Of a stretch of 64,000 nt of DNA, positions 12,244 to 24,919 are shown piece after piece. Under the pieces are notes generated by a model. That model had not been told where the DNA came from. It made no database searches and saw only the letters and a program-made list of their open reading frames with translations. Position 1 is the stretch's first letter, and each line of letters opens with the position of its first letter. This DNA is from Zootoca vivipara. Its lineage: Eukaryota. The translations under genes and the position numbers were made by a program. The stretch covers positions 39,246,001-39,310,000 of the forward strand of contig NC_083282.1 of assembly GCF_963506605.1 (NCBI RefSeq), given 5' to 3'.

Positions 12244-12742
12244 TAAAGGGTAAAAGGAACCCCTGACTGTTAGGTCCAGTCATGGATGACTCTGGGGTTG
12301 TGGCGCTCATCTTGCTTTACTGGCCGAGGGAGCCGGCGTACAGCTTCTGGGTCATGTGGCCAGCATGACAAAGCTGCTTCTGGCGAACCAGAGCAGCACA
12401 CAGAAACGCCGTTTACCTTCCCGCAGGAGCGGTACCTATTTATCTACTTGCACTTTGACGTGCTTTCAAACTGCTAGGTTGGCAGGAGCTGGGACCAACC
12501 AACGGGAGCTCACCCTGTCGCAGGGATTCGAACCGCCGACCTTCTGATCAGCAAACCCTAGGCCAGGCATCCCCAAACTGCGGCCCTCCAGATGTTTTGG
12601 CCTACAACTCCCATGATCCCTAGCTAACAGGACCAGTGGTCGGGGAAGATGGGAATTGTAGTCCAAAACATCTGGAGGGCCGAAGTTTGGGGATGCCTGC
12701 CCTAGGCTCTGTGGTTTAGACCACAGTGCCACCCACGTCCCA
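12244..12742 (-). mobile_element. Sauria SINE (reverse), interrupted by a hAT MITE
   Basis: Reverse complement of the 3463-3818 element, split at 12564-12699. Confidence 0.88.
12564..12699 (+). mobile_element. hAT MITE, copy 4 (nested in Sauria SINE)
   Basis: Perfect TIRs; TSD CCCTAGGC derived from SINE sequence. Confidence 0.92.
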
Positions 12743-13928
12743 GTTTTGTCTTTTTACAAGGTGTAATTAATTTATGGAATGCATTGCCGTTAAGACCACT
12801 AGCCATATTAATAAAGGCTAGGTTAGGTCTATCAGCAGCTATTGGCAAGACAAGGCAAGCAGGCTAGATCCCTATCTCCCCCACCCCTCCAACCACCAAA
12901 TTTCACAGGCAGGAGCAGTGGCAGCATTTTGAAGCCCCAATGATCCAAAACACCACACATGGCCCTCTGCATGCACTGGTGATCAGATGTGCTTGCACAG
13001 AACTAGTGGTCTTTAAAGGGGTCTCTGCAAGCACCTAAGATCAGCTGCTTGTTGAAACTTGAAAAGGGCCATGCAGGCTTTGCAGGAGCTGCCAATGATG
13101 AAAATCAGCAGAGCCTGCAACCCCCTTTTTTGGCACAGTCACATCTTTACTGACCAATAGAACAAGTGAGCATAGCTCGGCTTAAAGTCTTGCAAGGCAA
13201 ATGGAGAGGCTAAACTCGGTCTGCAGGCCAGAAGTCCCCAACCTTTGGCTTAAGAAAACCACCTGATTCATAGCCAATGTACCTCCAAAGCTAGTTGCTG
13301 GGGGAGTGGTATTCCCTTTATGCTGAGTTTGTGAGCTTCCCAGAGGCATCTGGTTGGACAGAGTAAATAGCAGGACATTGGACTAGTTGGATTTTGGGTG
13401 TGATCTTCTTATGTCCTTAAGTATGGTTAATAACCCGACACTGCTGCCCTATGGATTCTGAATGTTTTAGCAGGCTTTCCTCAAACTTTCTTAGCCAGTC
13501 ACTAGAAACTCATTTTAAATGCATGTCAAGATTCTAAAGTGAATTCCGCACTTATACAGGATCAAAGAACATACACAGCCTTATCCATAAGCTGTTCTCA
13601 TTCAGAACAAAGGTGCAGAAGTAATTTTTCTTCAAATCCTTCCTTAACACTCAGATTTTCTACGTAGCCTTTTGCACCACCCCCTTGATGCTTTACTTTA
13701 ACAAACCCAACAGCATACAACCAAAATCATCATCCATTCCTGCCTCCCCTTCCTCTGTTGCTTCCCCATGTCAGATTTTGGACTGTAAGCTAAATAGGGC
13801 AGAAACCTATGTACTCTGTAGAACACCTCACACACATCTGAGGTGCAATAATAAAGCTGTTAAGGCAATTTCAGAAATGGTCCCAAACAATGGAACAACA
13901 AAAAAGGAATCCTGAGCCAAAGACTTAC

Positions 13929-14112
13929 CAATAGGTTTCTATAGGTACATCCTCCTCACTGCTACCCCAGAAGCGTGCATGATAAATAGCATTCTGGACC
14001 CTCTCATCCTGGTTTTCACATTGATTAGCTGGGTCATTGATTATGCTAAGTATTTGCGGAGGTAAACCTTGTGTCAGCTTTGTCTTGGTTAGCCACAATG
14101 CTTGCTTTACAC
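13929..14112 (-). CDS. MRPL37: MRPL37 exon 2 (184 nt)
   Basis: [49 protein letters not shown]...ETYC; AG acceptor and GTAAG donor; phase consistent. Confidence 0.95.
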
Positions 14113-14869
14113 CTTCAAGTAAAATAATATATTACCAGTGAGCATCTTTAGTACTGCACCTTGCACTTCAATCACTCTTACACAAGAACAAGGACTTTTC
14201 CATCATTCTTCTTAAGATTTGGAGTGGGGGGGAGAGAAGCTAATCTAGAGACAAAATGGAGCAGAAGACCAAGACCACCTTATAAATGCTGCATGCATTG
14301 TGGTTAATTATTTAACAAAACCTGTACAAGTATAGATAAGTTAGCACAATGTGGCCCAACAAGTTTGTGTCCATTAATTTGCAGTTCCCGCCTTCTTATA
14401 ACTACCATCCTTTAACAGTATTTATGCTTTCCAAATATTGGACTTTTCTTTGCAGATAATGATTATTATGCTGGGGAAGACAAAGCAAGTAACAAATTTA
14501 ATAAATAATATTACATTGGGCCAGGTGTCTGAGAGAAGAACCATGTGACTGTGCTAGCCTCCTAGGGTGGAGAAGAGCGCTTCTGGGAAAGGCCTGCAGA
14601 GCAAGACAGCCAGCAGCACCACATCAGGGAGGAGACCGCTGCTCTCCTAGGAAGCCAAAATCTCCATAAAGGGAGAACTATAGAACAGCACCTTTAAAAA
14701 CTTGTACACAAGCTCCCTTTCCCCTCACATGCTGTTGCTGTATGCATTTTTTAAAAAGTGAGACTGTCTTTTTCGTCAGCCACTCGGGAAAGCCTTTTCT
14801 AAGCTGCAGGACTGGGTGTCCATGCCATTAATGATTGATTGATTTTTAGCCATCTCCTTGCTTTTTCCT

Positions 14870-15105
14870 GCAAGACCAACTGCAGTCGTTAACAGTAGTC
14901 AAACAGGTTTATCGCACCTATCAGCCAATCACCCATTCCCACCACCCTTCTGAGTAATACCCCTCCCCATCCTCTCACTATATACAGTATAAGGGTCTGG
15001 TGACTTCTGTTTCAGTGTATCTGGAGAAGTGTGCATGCACACAAAAGCTCATACCAATGACAAACTTAGTTGGTCTCCAAGGTGCTACTGGAAGGAATTT
15101 TTTTA
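14870..15105 (+). mobile_element. Penelope-like element terminal remnant with decayed hammerhead motif
   Basis: GTAT-CTGGAGAA-GTGTGCATGCACAC-AAAAGCTC-ATAC followed by ...TTAGTTGGTCTCCAAGGTGCTAC, resembling reptile PLE terminal repeats. Confidence 0.6.
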
Positions 15106-15149
15106 TTAATTAACGAGTACTCCTCCAATGCCTGATCTGGATAACCCAA

Positions 15150-16350
15150 GCTCAGCTTGTCACTTCGCAGGCACCAACCTCTGGCCTGTCTCTTCCTTTC
15201 ACCGCCCCCTTCCCTCCCCTATATAGGACGCCTGCTTCGCCTGCACTCGACTGCCTCAGAGCCCAATCCATCCTGGCACGAAACACACCGAACCTGGCCG
15301 GCCTTCCCCGCCCCCTGCCCGCAGGCAGCCCTCACCTTCCAGCATGCGAGTCCCCTGGTGGAAGATGTAGCAGGGCCGCTGCTTGTAAGAGGCCATCTCC
15401 TCCACGCGGGGGCCGCCGTCGTGCCAGGGGTCGTGCCACTCGCGCTCCCACTTGGGGTGACGAGGCGCGGCCAGCCATGGCACGCGGTGCAGCTTCCCCT
15501 CGTACGTCACCACGTCGAGCTCGGGAAACTGCTCCCGCACCGGAGGCACTTTGCGTAAATACCAAGGCAACGGCGCGCCCGGCGGCGGCCCGCGCACCGT
15601 CCACGGGGTGCGGGGCGGCGGCTCCTTTGGATACCTCGGCCCGTAGAGAGATTTCGCGCGGCGCTGCCCGGAGAGCGCCAAGCGCTGCGCCCGCTGGGCG
15701 GGCAGCCGTAGGGTCAGCATCGCTGCCTCCAATCCACGAAGCCGAGTCCCCCCGCAGACACCTCACCGCCCGCTGGCGGTGACAGCCATTTTCTTTCCGC
15801 CTCCGAAGGGCATGCCGGGTAGAGGGGCGGGGCTATGTTGTGATTGACAGCTGACCGCTTCCCCACCGCGCAAACTCGGCGCTCGTCTGGGCCCGGCGTG
15901 GGAAGGAAGCGGGCCGGGGGTTCGCCGTCGAGAGGACCGGCGGTGGCTCTCCCTACGCATGATGCAGCCGGTGGAAGCGCCTCCAGTTCCCTCAAGGGCA
16001 GAAGAACAACGTCTCCCCTCGCAACGTGGCGACTAATCCTGCCCTTTTCTCCAGGGGACGCGCCGCTTTCGCAACGGAGGGGCATTGCGATTGCACGGCG
16101 CTTGTTGCACTTAGAGCCCACCAACTCCGGGCGGTGTGCATGCTTCTCCCGCGTCCTCATTTAACCGCCATAACAACTACAACCACCACCGCCACCTTGC
16201 TCTGCTGCGATTAAAGCACCTTCGACAGTCCCCGCAGCAGTTCTCACGTTTTGCATGCGAAAGGTCTTGGTTTCACTCCTTCCCATCTCCAGGTAGGGCA
16301 TCGCTGCTGGAAGCGCTGGAGGGTGGCAGCAGCAGGGGCTGAGCTTGGTG
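15150..16350. promoter_or_regulatory. CpG island / bidirectional promoter shared by MRPL37 and CYB5RL
   Basis: High GC and CpG density against an AT-rich background; GC box GGGGCGGGGC at 15824-15833; YY1-like GCCATTTT at 15785-15792; lies between divergent genes. Confidence 0.8.
15336..15720 (-). CDS. MRPL37: MRPL37 (mitoribosomal protein mL37) coding exon 1; gene spans 5333-15720, 434 aa in total
   Basis: ATG at 15720; Arg-rich presequence-like N-terminus, then ...YEGKLHRVPWLAAPRHPKWER...CYIFHQGTRMLEG, which matches mL37. GTGAG donor at 15335-15331. The TTG start in the ORF track is not used. Confidence 0.92.
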
Positions 16351-18282
16351 GCCCCCCAATGGCCCAGCTTGGTGTAGAGCAGCTTCCTTATAAGGTTACC
16401 AGATTTTTTTCCCAATGAATCCGGGGACACTTTGAATAAATAAATAAATAAATGCTACACATTCCAGTGATCAAGGAGCACTGGAGCATATATAATATGC
16501 TCCTAACAGCCATGGTCTCCTCACAACAGCCCTGTAAGGTAGGTGGCAGGGAGGGTGATGGGGCCAAGATCACCCAGTGAGCTTTGTGAATAAGCAGGGA
16601 TTTGAACCTGGGTGTCCCTTCCTGGTCACGTTACCTTATGCATAGCCATCCCACGCCACACGCCTTTAGGTAGTTTTGCCTCTGAGCTACCAAGCAAGGG
16701 CAGAGGCAGCAGCACAACACAGGAAAGTAGGCAGGAGTGTGGACCTGAATTTAAGCTATAGTCAAAACCACACAACTTCCTGTTCCTGATGTGCCATAGT
16801 CATTGATGTCTGCAGCATTAATGGAACTGGTCAAATGGAACCCTCCCAGCACTGCTTAGTGGAAAACTGAACATAGAAACCTGCCGTACAAGTTGGAACC
16901 GTTGGTCCATCTAGCACAATATTTTTTTGCACTGAGCATCTCTCCAGTGTTTCAAACAAGAGACTTTCTCAGCTTACCTGTAAATGCCAGGGACTGAACT
17001 TGGGATCACTTGCAAACAGCTCTTGTCCCTCCCTATCATTAACATTCTAACTAGAAATCTCAAGAATGGCTGCCTTGCGTATATGTGCTAACGAAAATAT
17101 TAATTGATTCTATCCATTTCCTGCCTTTTTGTTTAAAAAGCTGATAATGTTAATATGGACTGTAATTGATCAAGGATGTAATTTATCAAGACTGCCCCTG
17201 GAGAATATGGGAAGTTGGCATATATTGTTAATGGTGCTTAATACGACTCCCAGAATCCTCCTGGCCTGTACATTTTGATGTTAAGAACTGGATGAAATGA
17301 AGTTCAGCCTCCTGTTCTCACAGTGGCCAGTCAAATGTTTTTGGAAAGGACACGAGTGCCACAATACCTCTTGCTCATGTTTCCCAGCAAGTGCTATTTG
17401 GAGATATGCGGCCTATGATACTGGAGGTAGAACACAGCCATCAGGATTAGTGGCAATCAATAGTCCTATCCTCCATGAGTTTGTCTAAACCTCTTTGTAA
17501 AGCCATCCAAGTTGGTGGCCATTACTGTACTCATTTTGAGGTACCAGTAAGGCAAGGTGCATAAACATCTCCAGCTCTTCGTTAATTTGTGAATGCATCC
17601 AGATTGGATTTTTTTTTTACGTAAATGTGTACATGTAAAACTGTCAGCCTCCCCTGATTATGTAACTCTAGAAGAGTCCAGCAGGGTAGTTTTTCCAAAA
17701 ACAACTACATTATACGAAATGATGACATACTGAACTCTGATCAGGTTTGCAGAGGTTTAGCTCCTAAAACATACTGGGGACAGGATCCACAGCCTCCACA
17801 TTTTCGCTTTTGAGACAACAGATTTTACATTCTCTTTGACGCCTTTGCTTCTGTAGAGAGTTGGAAGGCGGAAAAATGACCTGTTTAACCAGTTTCTGAG
17901 GGGTAGGACTTGCACCATCAATCCAAAACGCAGTATGTTGCTGTAGAAGGTTACAGTGGATTACATGTGTATATCATGTCCCATTAAAAAATCCTGAAGC
18001 AAAATAACAAATGCTAACATACCAAAACTTTAAAATGACAATATTCCAAACATATATATTAAACACGGATATGTGTTATATTTAACAATTTTATTTACCA
18101 CTTAGTTGTAACAAAATGTCTTAAGAGGTTTGCAAGTAATACGGTATTAACATTATCAATAAAAAATGAAATGCTTCCAAGCAAGGAATTCAGCTGTCAT
18201 GTGCTAAAATACATGTTGGTTGTGGTAGGGACAGATCATCTCCATCCAACGGTTTGAAACTGAGTGTTATATTTTCTAGACA

Positions 18283-18459
18283 ATGGAGGATAGTGAAGAT
18301 GAGTGGCTGTCTCTCAAGCCCAAAGAGCCGTTGCCATTCCAGTGCTGTGGTAGTGGCTGCAAACCCTGTGTCTATGACACGTATCAGGAACAGCTGGAGC
18401 AATGGGAAAAGGCCAAGGCAAAACAAGACAGAAGCCTCCTGACAAGGAAGAAACAGCAA
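18283..18459 (+). CDS. CYB5RL: CYB5RL (NADH-cytochrome b5 reductase-like) coding exon 1; gene spans 18283-28034, 308 aa in total
   Basis: MEDSEDEWLSLKPKEPLPFQCCGSGCKPCVYDTY... (oxidoreductase-like CCxxGCxxCV N-domain). An acceptor AG at 18278-79 implies an upstream non-coding exon. Donor is GTAGAA. Confidence 0.9.
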
Positions 18460-19107
18460 GTAGAAATCTTAAAATTATGTTAATATTTCATCTGGGTCCT
18501 AATTTCCCCCCCTTGTAAATAGATCCCATTGATTTCAAATTGATCTACTGTACGTTCAGGTATATCTAGGCTGCAGTCCTAACCCCACACACCTGGGAGT
18601 AAGCCCCACTGAATTCAGTAGGCCTTATTTCTGAGAAGACATGGTTACTTTCCAAAACAGTATTTTGTCCTTTTTATATCTAATTAGAAGTTTAATATAA
18701 GTATGTTTCAAAAAGTTTATGTCTTTGACTTGTTTCTCTCCTGCTAGCCTCTTGAATGCAGAATTATTAGAAAAAGGGTTTTATAACACATCAAATTTCC
18801 CACTTCTTTAATATTTGTAATTGTAGTTTGCTGCCATATTGTCTTCCCAATAAATCTTGCAAGTATTTTTGAGCCAATAAAAAGCAGTAAAATATGTAAG
18901 CTTAATTATCATTACATTTTAAATGCAAGAAAATATATAGTAATTCATGTAGGAGAATAAATTCCTTTCTAGCATCTCTCATATTTGAGGAACATCACAA
19001 CTTGCCCATAATTCCGTTTTATCCCATTGTGCCACCTGGCTTTCTCCAATTCTATTAACGCCCCTCAAGCTCCCAACAAATGAGGGCAAGCACAAATCTC
19101 TTTAAAA

Positions 19108-19243
19108 CAGGCATCCCCAAACTTTGGCCCTCCAGATGTTTTGGACTACAATTCCCATCATCCCTGACCACTGGTCCTCTTAGCTAGGGATCATGGGAGT
19201 TGTAGGCCAAAACATCTGGAGGGCCGCAGTTTGGGGATGCCTG
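19108..19243 (-). mobile_element. hAT MITE, copy 5 (reverse)
   Basis: Perfect TIRs; TSD CTTTAAAA. Confidence 0.9.
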
Positions 19244-19369
19244 CTTTAAAATATGATGTTGCTTATTGGAGTAATACCTGAGAAAGGATGCTAGGAACTG
19301 AGGTGCCGATCCCATTGAGACTAAGCCCCATTGAACGCAATGGGTCCTACTTCAGATTAAAAACGCATA

Positions 19370-19633
19370 CAGTCATACCTCATGTTATGTTTGCTTCATG
19401 TTATGTTTTTTCAGGTTGCGTCCAGCGGCAGCCCGGAAGTACAGGAAAGGGTTACTTCCGGTTTTTGCCACTCGGGCATGCGTAGTAGCACTAAATCATG
19501 CTTTGTGCATATGCACAAGCGCCAAATCACGTCGCACACCTGCACAGATATGGCACTTCAGGTTGTGGGCTTTTCACGTTGCGAACGGGGCTCCGGAACG
19601 GATCCCGTTTGCAACCAGAGGTTGTGAAATGTA
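19370..19633. mobile_element. Degenerate Tigger-like MITE
   Basis: TA-CAGTCATACCTC start; degenerate GAGGTTGTGAAATG-TA end; CpG-rich interior. Confidence 0.55.
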
Positions 19634-20504
19634 TACTGAGAAAACGAGAACAAGGAAATGAACATACAAAAAGAAATTATTATTTTTTATTTGAAATGAT
19701 AGATATTAGGGTTCAAGCCTGCTTAGAAGCCCTTTTCCTTGGCCTGGAAGCCATTTTGATGTGCCAGGGCTAAGGCTGAGGCACATGCTCAGAGGTTCTT
19801 TTTTTTAATATTCACTTGTTCCAAGTCTGAAGTCTTGAGACTTCAATCAAATTCAGGGGCCACACAATGAATGGCTCGTGTGCCCTGAAACAGATAAAAC
19901 ATGTCTTGAACAAATTGGTAATGCAAAATTTGCTTCTAAAGATTGCCTGGAGGCCCGAATAAGCTATTCTCTTCACTGGATCTTCGTACTGTGAGAAGCT
20001 TTGCTCATGTAATTCTTGCAGACATGGAGCTGTTAAAAGCGCTGGAGTTTTGCAAAGGAAGAAAGACTGCAACCCTAGTGGGAGGTCTAGAGAAAAATAA
20101 GAAATTGCTTTTGAGAGGGACTGCAAACTAAAGAGGAATGCCCATCCATTCCTTGAGATAGGTAGAAAATTACCTCCTAGTTTGCCTTCCATCATCTTTT
20201 GGGAGTGCTATTACAATTTCTGTGACACCTTTAGTTTCTCGCCTTCCAAAATCATTATCAGCAAATACTGTATATTGTTATGGTCATAATTGTAAAAAAT
20301 GCAAGCAGATTAAAATGGGATTTAACAAATAATTACTTACTGAATTAACCCTTTAATGAGACCAGATGTATTCAGTCTTTAAAATTTGTGTGTGTGTGTT
20401 GCAGTAACATGTTTCACCATGGCAGAATTCGCTCACATTTTTTTTAAAAAAGAAAAGAGGGTGGCATTGCTTAACCTTGTAATTATTTATTGTTGCTCTT
20501 GCAG

Positions 20505-20653
20505 TGTAGTAATTCAGAACTAACTCCAGAAACGTTTACGGCTTTCATCATAAGCTCTATGGATCAGCTGACAGAGGACACCTACCAGTATAAATTTGAA
20601 TTGCCTGGAAATAGCAGCCTAGGGTTGAGTTTGGGACAACATATTGTGCTAAG
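20505..20653 (+). CDS. CYB5RL: CYB5RL exon (149 nt)
   Basis: CSNSELTPETFTAFIISSMDQLTEDTYQYKFELPGNSSLGLSLGQHIVLR (start of FAD-binding domain); ttgcAG / GTACTG boundaries. Confidence 0.93.
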
Positions 20654-21095
20654 GTACTGTACTAAGTCTCTAGTTAAACAGACCGCAGTATGTGATTTAA
20701 CTTGCTTTTTGTTGTTGTTGTTGAGCTACAAAGATTCCATGCCAAGTAAATCATAATTTCTGTGCTCCCAGATTGGCTCTGTTGAAAGAACTTGTGAGCT
20801 CACTGAGCTTATTAACCTTGTTAATTTTATGGTATATGCTACCCTACACTTGCTTTTCCTTCCATTTTAGTTGTATTGGAGGCAGAAAAATGTAGTGTGG
20901 GTAAGAAAGCCAATTTACAGAAAGGGAAAAGGTGAAAAGCAAATGTGTATTGGAATGATCGTCACGTACCAACACATAGGGACAATACAGTATATTAACT
21001 CCCCCCCCCCGGAAGTTATGCACATTGCAGTACAGAGCCACCTTTCATATTATTTATGTTCTGAGTTACCTTTGTATCCCACCCTTCCTCTAAGG

Positions 21096-21231
21096 CAGGC
21101 ATGGCCAAACTCGGCTCTCCAGATGTTTTGGTACTACAATTCCCATCATCCCTGACCACTGGTCCTGTTAGCTAGGGATGATGGGAGTTGTAGTCCCAAA
21201 ACCTCTGGAAGGCCGAGTTTAGCCGTGCCTG
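21096..21231 (-). mobile_element. hAT MITE, related subfamily (CAGGCATGGCCAAACT TIR)
   Basis: Same 136-bp length and body with different TIR bases; TSD CTCTAAGG. Confidence 0.85.
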
Positions 21232-22397
21232 CTCTAAGGTATGTTGGGAACATTTTGCCCTCCCAGTAACTTTGTGAAATAAGTTAGAGTGACTGATCAA
21301 AGTTGCCCAAGTGAACCTTACAACTGAGTGATGGTGCAGTCTCCAGATTCTGTGGTCCAGCACCAACACCCTGGCCATAATATCTTTTCTTTTTTCAAAT
21401 TTATTTATTTGGTTTTTCAGATTAAAATTTTGCAATCACATATCCAACATACAACATAAAAACAAGATTCCAAAGAATCTCCTGGACTTCCCCCCTCCCA
21501 TTTGTGGGAGGACCATAATAGCACACTGAGCATCTAACTGAAAGGCCTGACCAGGACCACTGAAAACAGATTAATAAAGCTGCTGTTGGAGTTCACTATA
21601 TATACTCCACATCACTGTAACAGCTAGATGTCTCACAAAGCTTCATTAAGGATAATAGAATTGACTATTCTGAATTGAAAAGTTGTCTGTTGTTGATGTG
21701 AATTGATTGGCAGTGGAAGCCAAGAGGTACATTGCTTCCCAAGTCATTTTTGGACTTTTAAGATGACTGTGATTAAGTCAGTTTCTATAAACTGAGTGAA
21801 GTTGCCAGCACCACAACAGGAGCATGGTTCATTCTGGGCTCTTTGCAACACATGTAGGGATGATTTTTGCACGATTGTTTCAGTTATCCTTTCTGCACAT
21901 TTAGTTGGGAGCACTCCAAAATTCAAAATTTTATTAGTGCGGGATGTTGTTTGTTAATATTATTTCCTTGTATTCACTATCTGTCCAAAGCCATTTATAA
22001 CATACACACACCCTCAGTTTAGTTCTATAATTTCCTTACTTTGTGAGCAACACAGCTATATTGCACAAAATAGCTAGGCTGGCCGTGTAGCTCATCTGGC
22101 CCCGGGAAAGGGAAGGATTGTTAAGGGAGGTGTGTGACATAGAAATCTGAGGTTATTTCAATGCCTTGAATCTCTGTGATTTCACTGCAAAATGGGAGGG
22201 AATGATCTATTGTCTGGCTTGGCAAAGGACAGCCCATGGGGAAGGAGGAAGGATACCTGCAGTGCTTTTCAGGCAGCAGCCTTTGCTGAGAGAGAAGTAC
22301 TTTGCTGACAGGAATTGTAAGGGATTCAGATCAGGGTTCCCTTCCCCTATCTTTCTTTCTCTCTCTCTCTCTCTCTCTCTCTTTTTTCCTTCCTCAG

Positions 22398-22485
22398 AGG
22401 ACTAGTGAATGGTTTGGAGGTTCAGAGAGCCTATACTCCAATTACTCCTGTGAATGCTGAAGGGTACTTTGAAGTTTTAATAAAG
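22398..22485 (+). CDS. CYB5RL: CYB5RL exon (88 nt)
   Basis: GLVNGLEVQRAYTPITPVNAEGYFEVLIK with the RxYTP flavin-binding motif; long pyrimidine tract + AG; GTAAAT donor. Confidence 0.95.
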
Positions 22486-24919
22486 GTAAATAGCGGCCTT
22501 TGTTCTATAGATTAACAGCTTGACGTAGGAATCATGTCATCTTCTAGGCCAGCTGAGTGCTTAGCTTTGTACTTTAATAACTAGAGAGGCCTGCAGTCAA
22601 AGATTTGGCTTGTTAGTCCTAATCAATATGTGGAATCCTGCCCCCTTTCCCTCACTCTGAAGTAAAGACGGGGCTACTCATGTAGCAAGATGAGGTGGTA
22701 GGCTGGGGTGACATGATTCTGGGTAGTACCATTTCAGAAACTTCCTGCAAGTAAAAAAAATGGCATGTACTACATGTAGCACTGCCTTTTGAGGGTCATG
22801 CCTTTTTTTAGAGAAACAACAGCACCACAATGCTTTGGTTCTGCTGTTGCTTAAATTTGTTTATGTATTGTTAGCTCTGGCTCTCCGTGCCTCCCTGTTT
22901 CATGACGCTGTGTTTAGACCTAGTTGGTTTTGGTATTTGTTTTAATGACATGTTATTTTACTGTTATTATTTCTGTGGCTGTTTACACCTTGTTAACATC
23001 TTGGAGCAATTCCATTTCTGAAGGGGAAAGCAGAACGCAAGGGTCCCCCCCCCCCTATAAATAAATACAACTTTCCCTAATCCATAGTTTTCTACATGCA
23101 GTGAGCTCCCAACGCAAGGGAGAATCTTAAAATGCGTTCCCACCCTACCTCCCATCTGAATTGTTTCTGTCCATTTAACCCCGTCATTCTGTCGTAGGTC
23201 TGGACTGCACCCAAGTCAAACAAGTTGACAGCTCAACAGGCTTTACTTCATGGTTAAGCCAAGTTGTTCTTAGAGAAGGGCATCTACTTGGTGCATGTTA
23301 GGCTGCAGCATTTTGTCATTGTGAAGGGTTTTGTGATGCTGCCTCTTATTTGTACCCCAAGAGATGAGGTGGGGGAGTAAAAGGGTTAGGGGATGGCTTA
23401 TCTGTGCACAATCATAAAGTCATTTTGGACAATATGGAGCCATCTATATAGGATCCATCTTTGTGCCTATATTAGTAGTCATCTGTTACATTGCTATGGT
23501 ATGTTACAGACAGTGTAGCCAGAATGAGCACAGCAGGAAACCGTAGTAACTACAGTACCTGCCATTCCATGCTGCAAGACAGCTGTAATGTTTTTAGGAT
23601 CAGTGTCAATCACTGCATAAGGCAATTCTCCTGAGTAAATTCAATGATTTCTCTATGGGATTAAGAGATTTATTGATTGCAGCCTTTGAGTCCTTATGTT
23701 CAGAAGGAATGTTGGCTAAGCCTAACAAGGATCAGTGCAAACATAAATAATTATGAGCCTAGGAATATCAAAATCATGTCTATCTTTTCAATCTGTCTTT
23801 ACACCTTCTCGGGGGAAGATAGATTTCACTGTAAATCTCAAACCTCAAGCACTAGATCTTCCAGGCAGGTCACAGGGACCCATTAATTTGCCCTCTGCTC
23901 ACCCTCCAGGAGTGTGTGCTTTTCAGGGTTTTATCATTGATTGCATGATAGTTTGAGCATGAATTATACTCCTTTTGAGGTGTGTATAGCTTTTATAAGA
24001 CACTTGTGGGTGGATCATTTCACCATTATTGTGGCAATTGGAGGGGGAAATGCTACATTTGAGCTGCATTAATAGGTTGCCTTTATAGGCTGACTGTGAA
24101 ATTTTATATATACTTGCTTATTACACACAAGTTTTGCATTTCAATAATAGTAGTAATGATTGTAATAACACCTTCCCTTTATATAGAACCTTTCATCCCA
24201 AAAGGAACCATAGTTATTCTCTGGCAGTCACAAAAGAGATGGAACACCCATCGTAAAGCACCCATTTGTATAACTTGGCTTTGTAGATTGTAGTGTATTT
24301 CTCACTATTCAGGCAATTTTTGGAAGTACTATATTATTATTATTACTATGCAATCCAAGTGCTGTTCAGACACCCCTGTGTCCCATGATTATGGCACTGC
24401 ATTCGTGATACTACAGTTAAGTGCAAGTGAGTGGCGATTTTCTGCGCTTAACCCTCCCTTTGAGTGATTCTATAATGTTATGGTGTTTTTTGGTGTAAAA
24501 CCTGGCATTGAGGTTTTCTCTTCAGGAGTTTCTCCTGCTCTTCTGTTTACAAGAATTCATTATAAACCAGTTTGGCCATTTCCCCATTAGAACGAGGAAA
24601 GAACCTATTCAGTTCTAAATACATTCTGTCTCCTGCAACCAATCTCTCACCAAATGGGAAACATAGTAACTGAAGTCTTCTCTCTCTCCACACCTTGAAT
24701 TTAACATCTTCTTCTGCCTTCTTCTCACTGTGGCTAGAGGTATACCAGCAACTCCACCCTGCCACAGCTCCTAAACTAAGTTTTAAGAGCAGCCTAGCAT
24801 GCAGACATTTATCAGCAATGTCTTCTGAGATGAAGATACGTGATAAGAAAAGCTCCATCTACTAAATGGCAATTGTAAAACCAACAAAGACCACCAACTA
24901 GAAGACTAACATATATATA

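Noticed and set aside
15157-16342. Several ORFs overlapping the CpG island on both strands
   Set aside because: By-products of high GC content and the antisense of MRPL37 exon 1.
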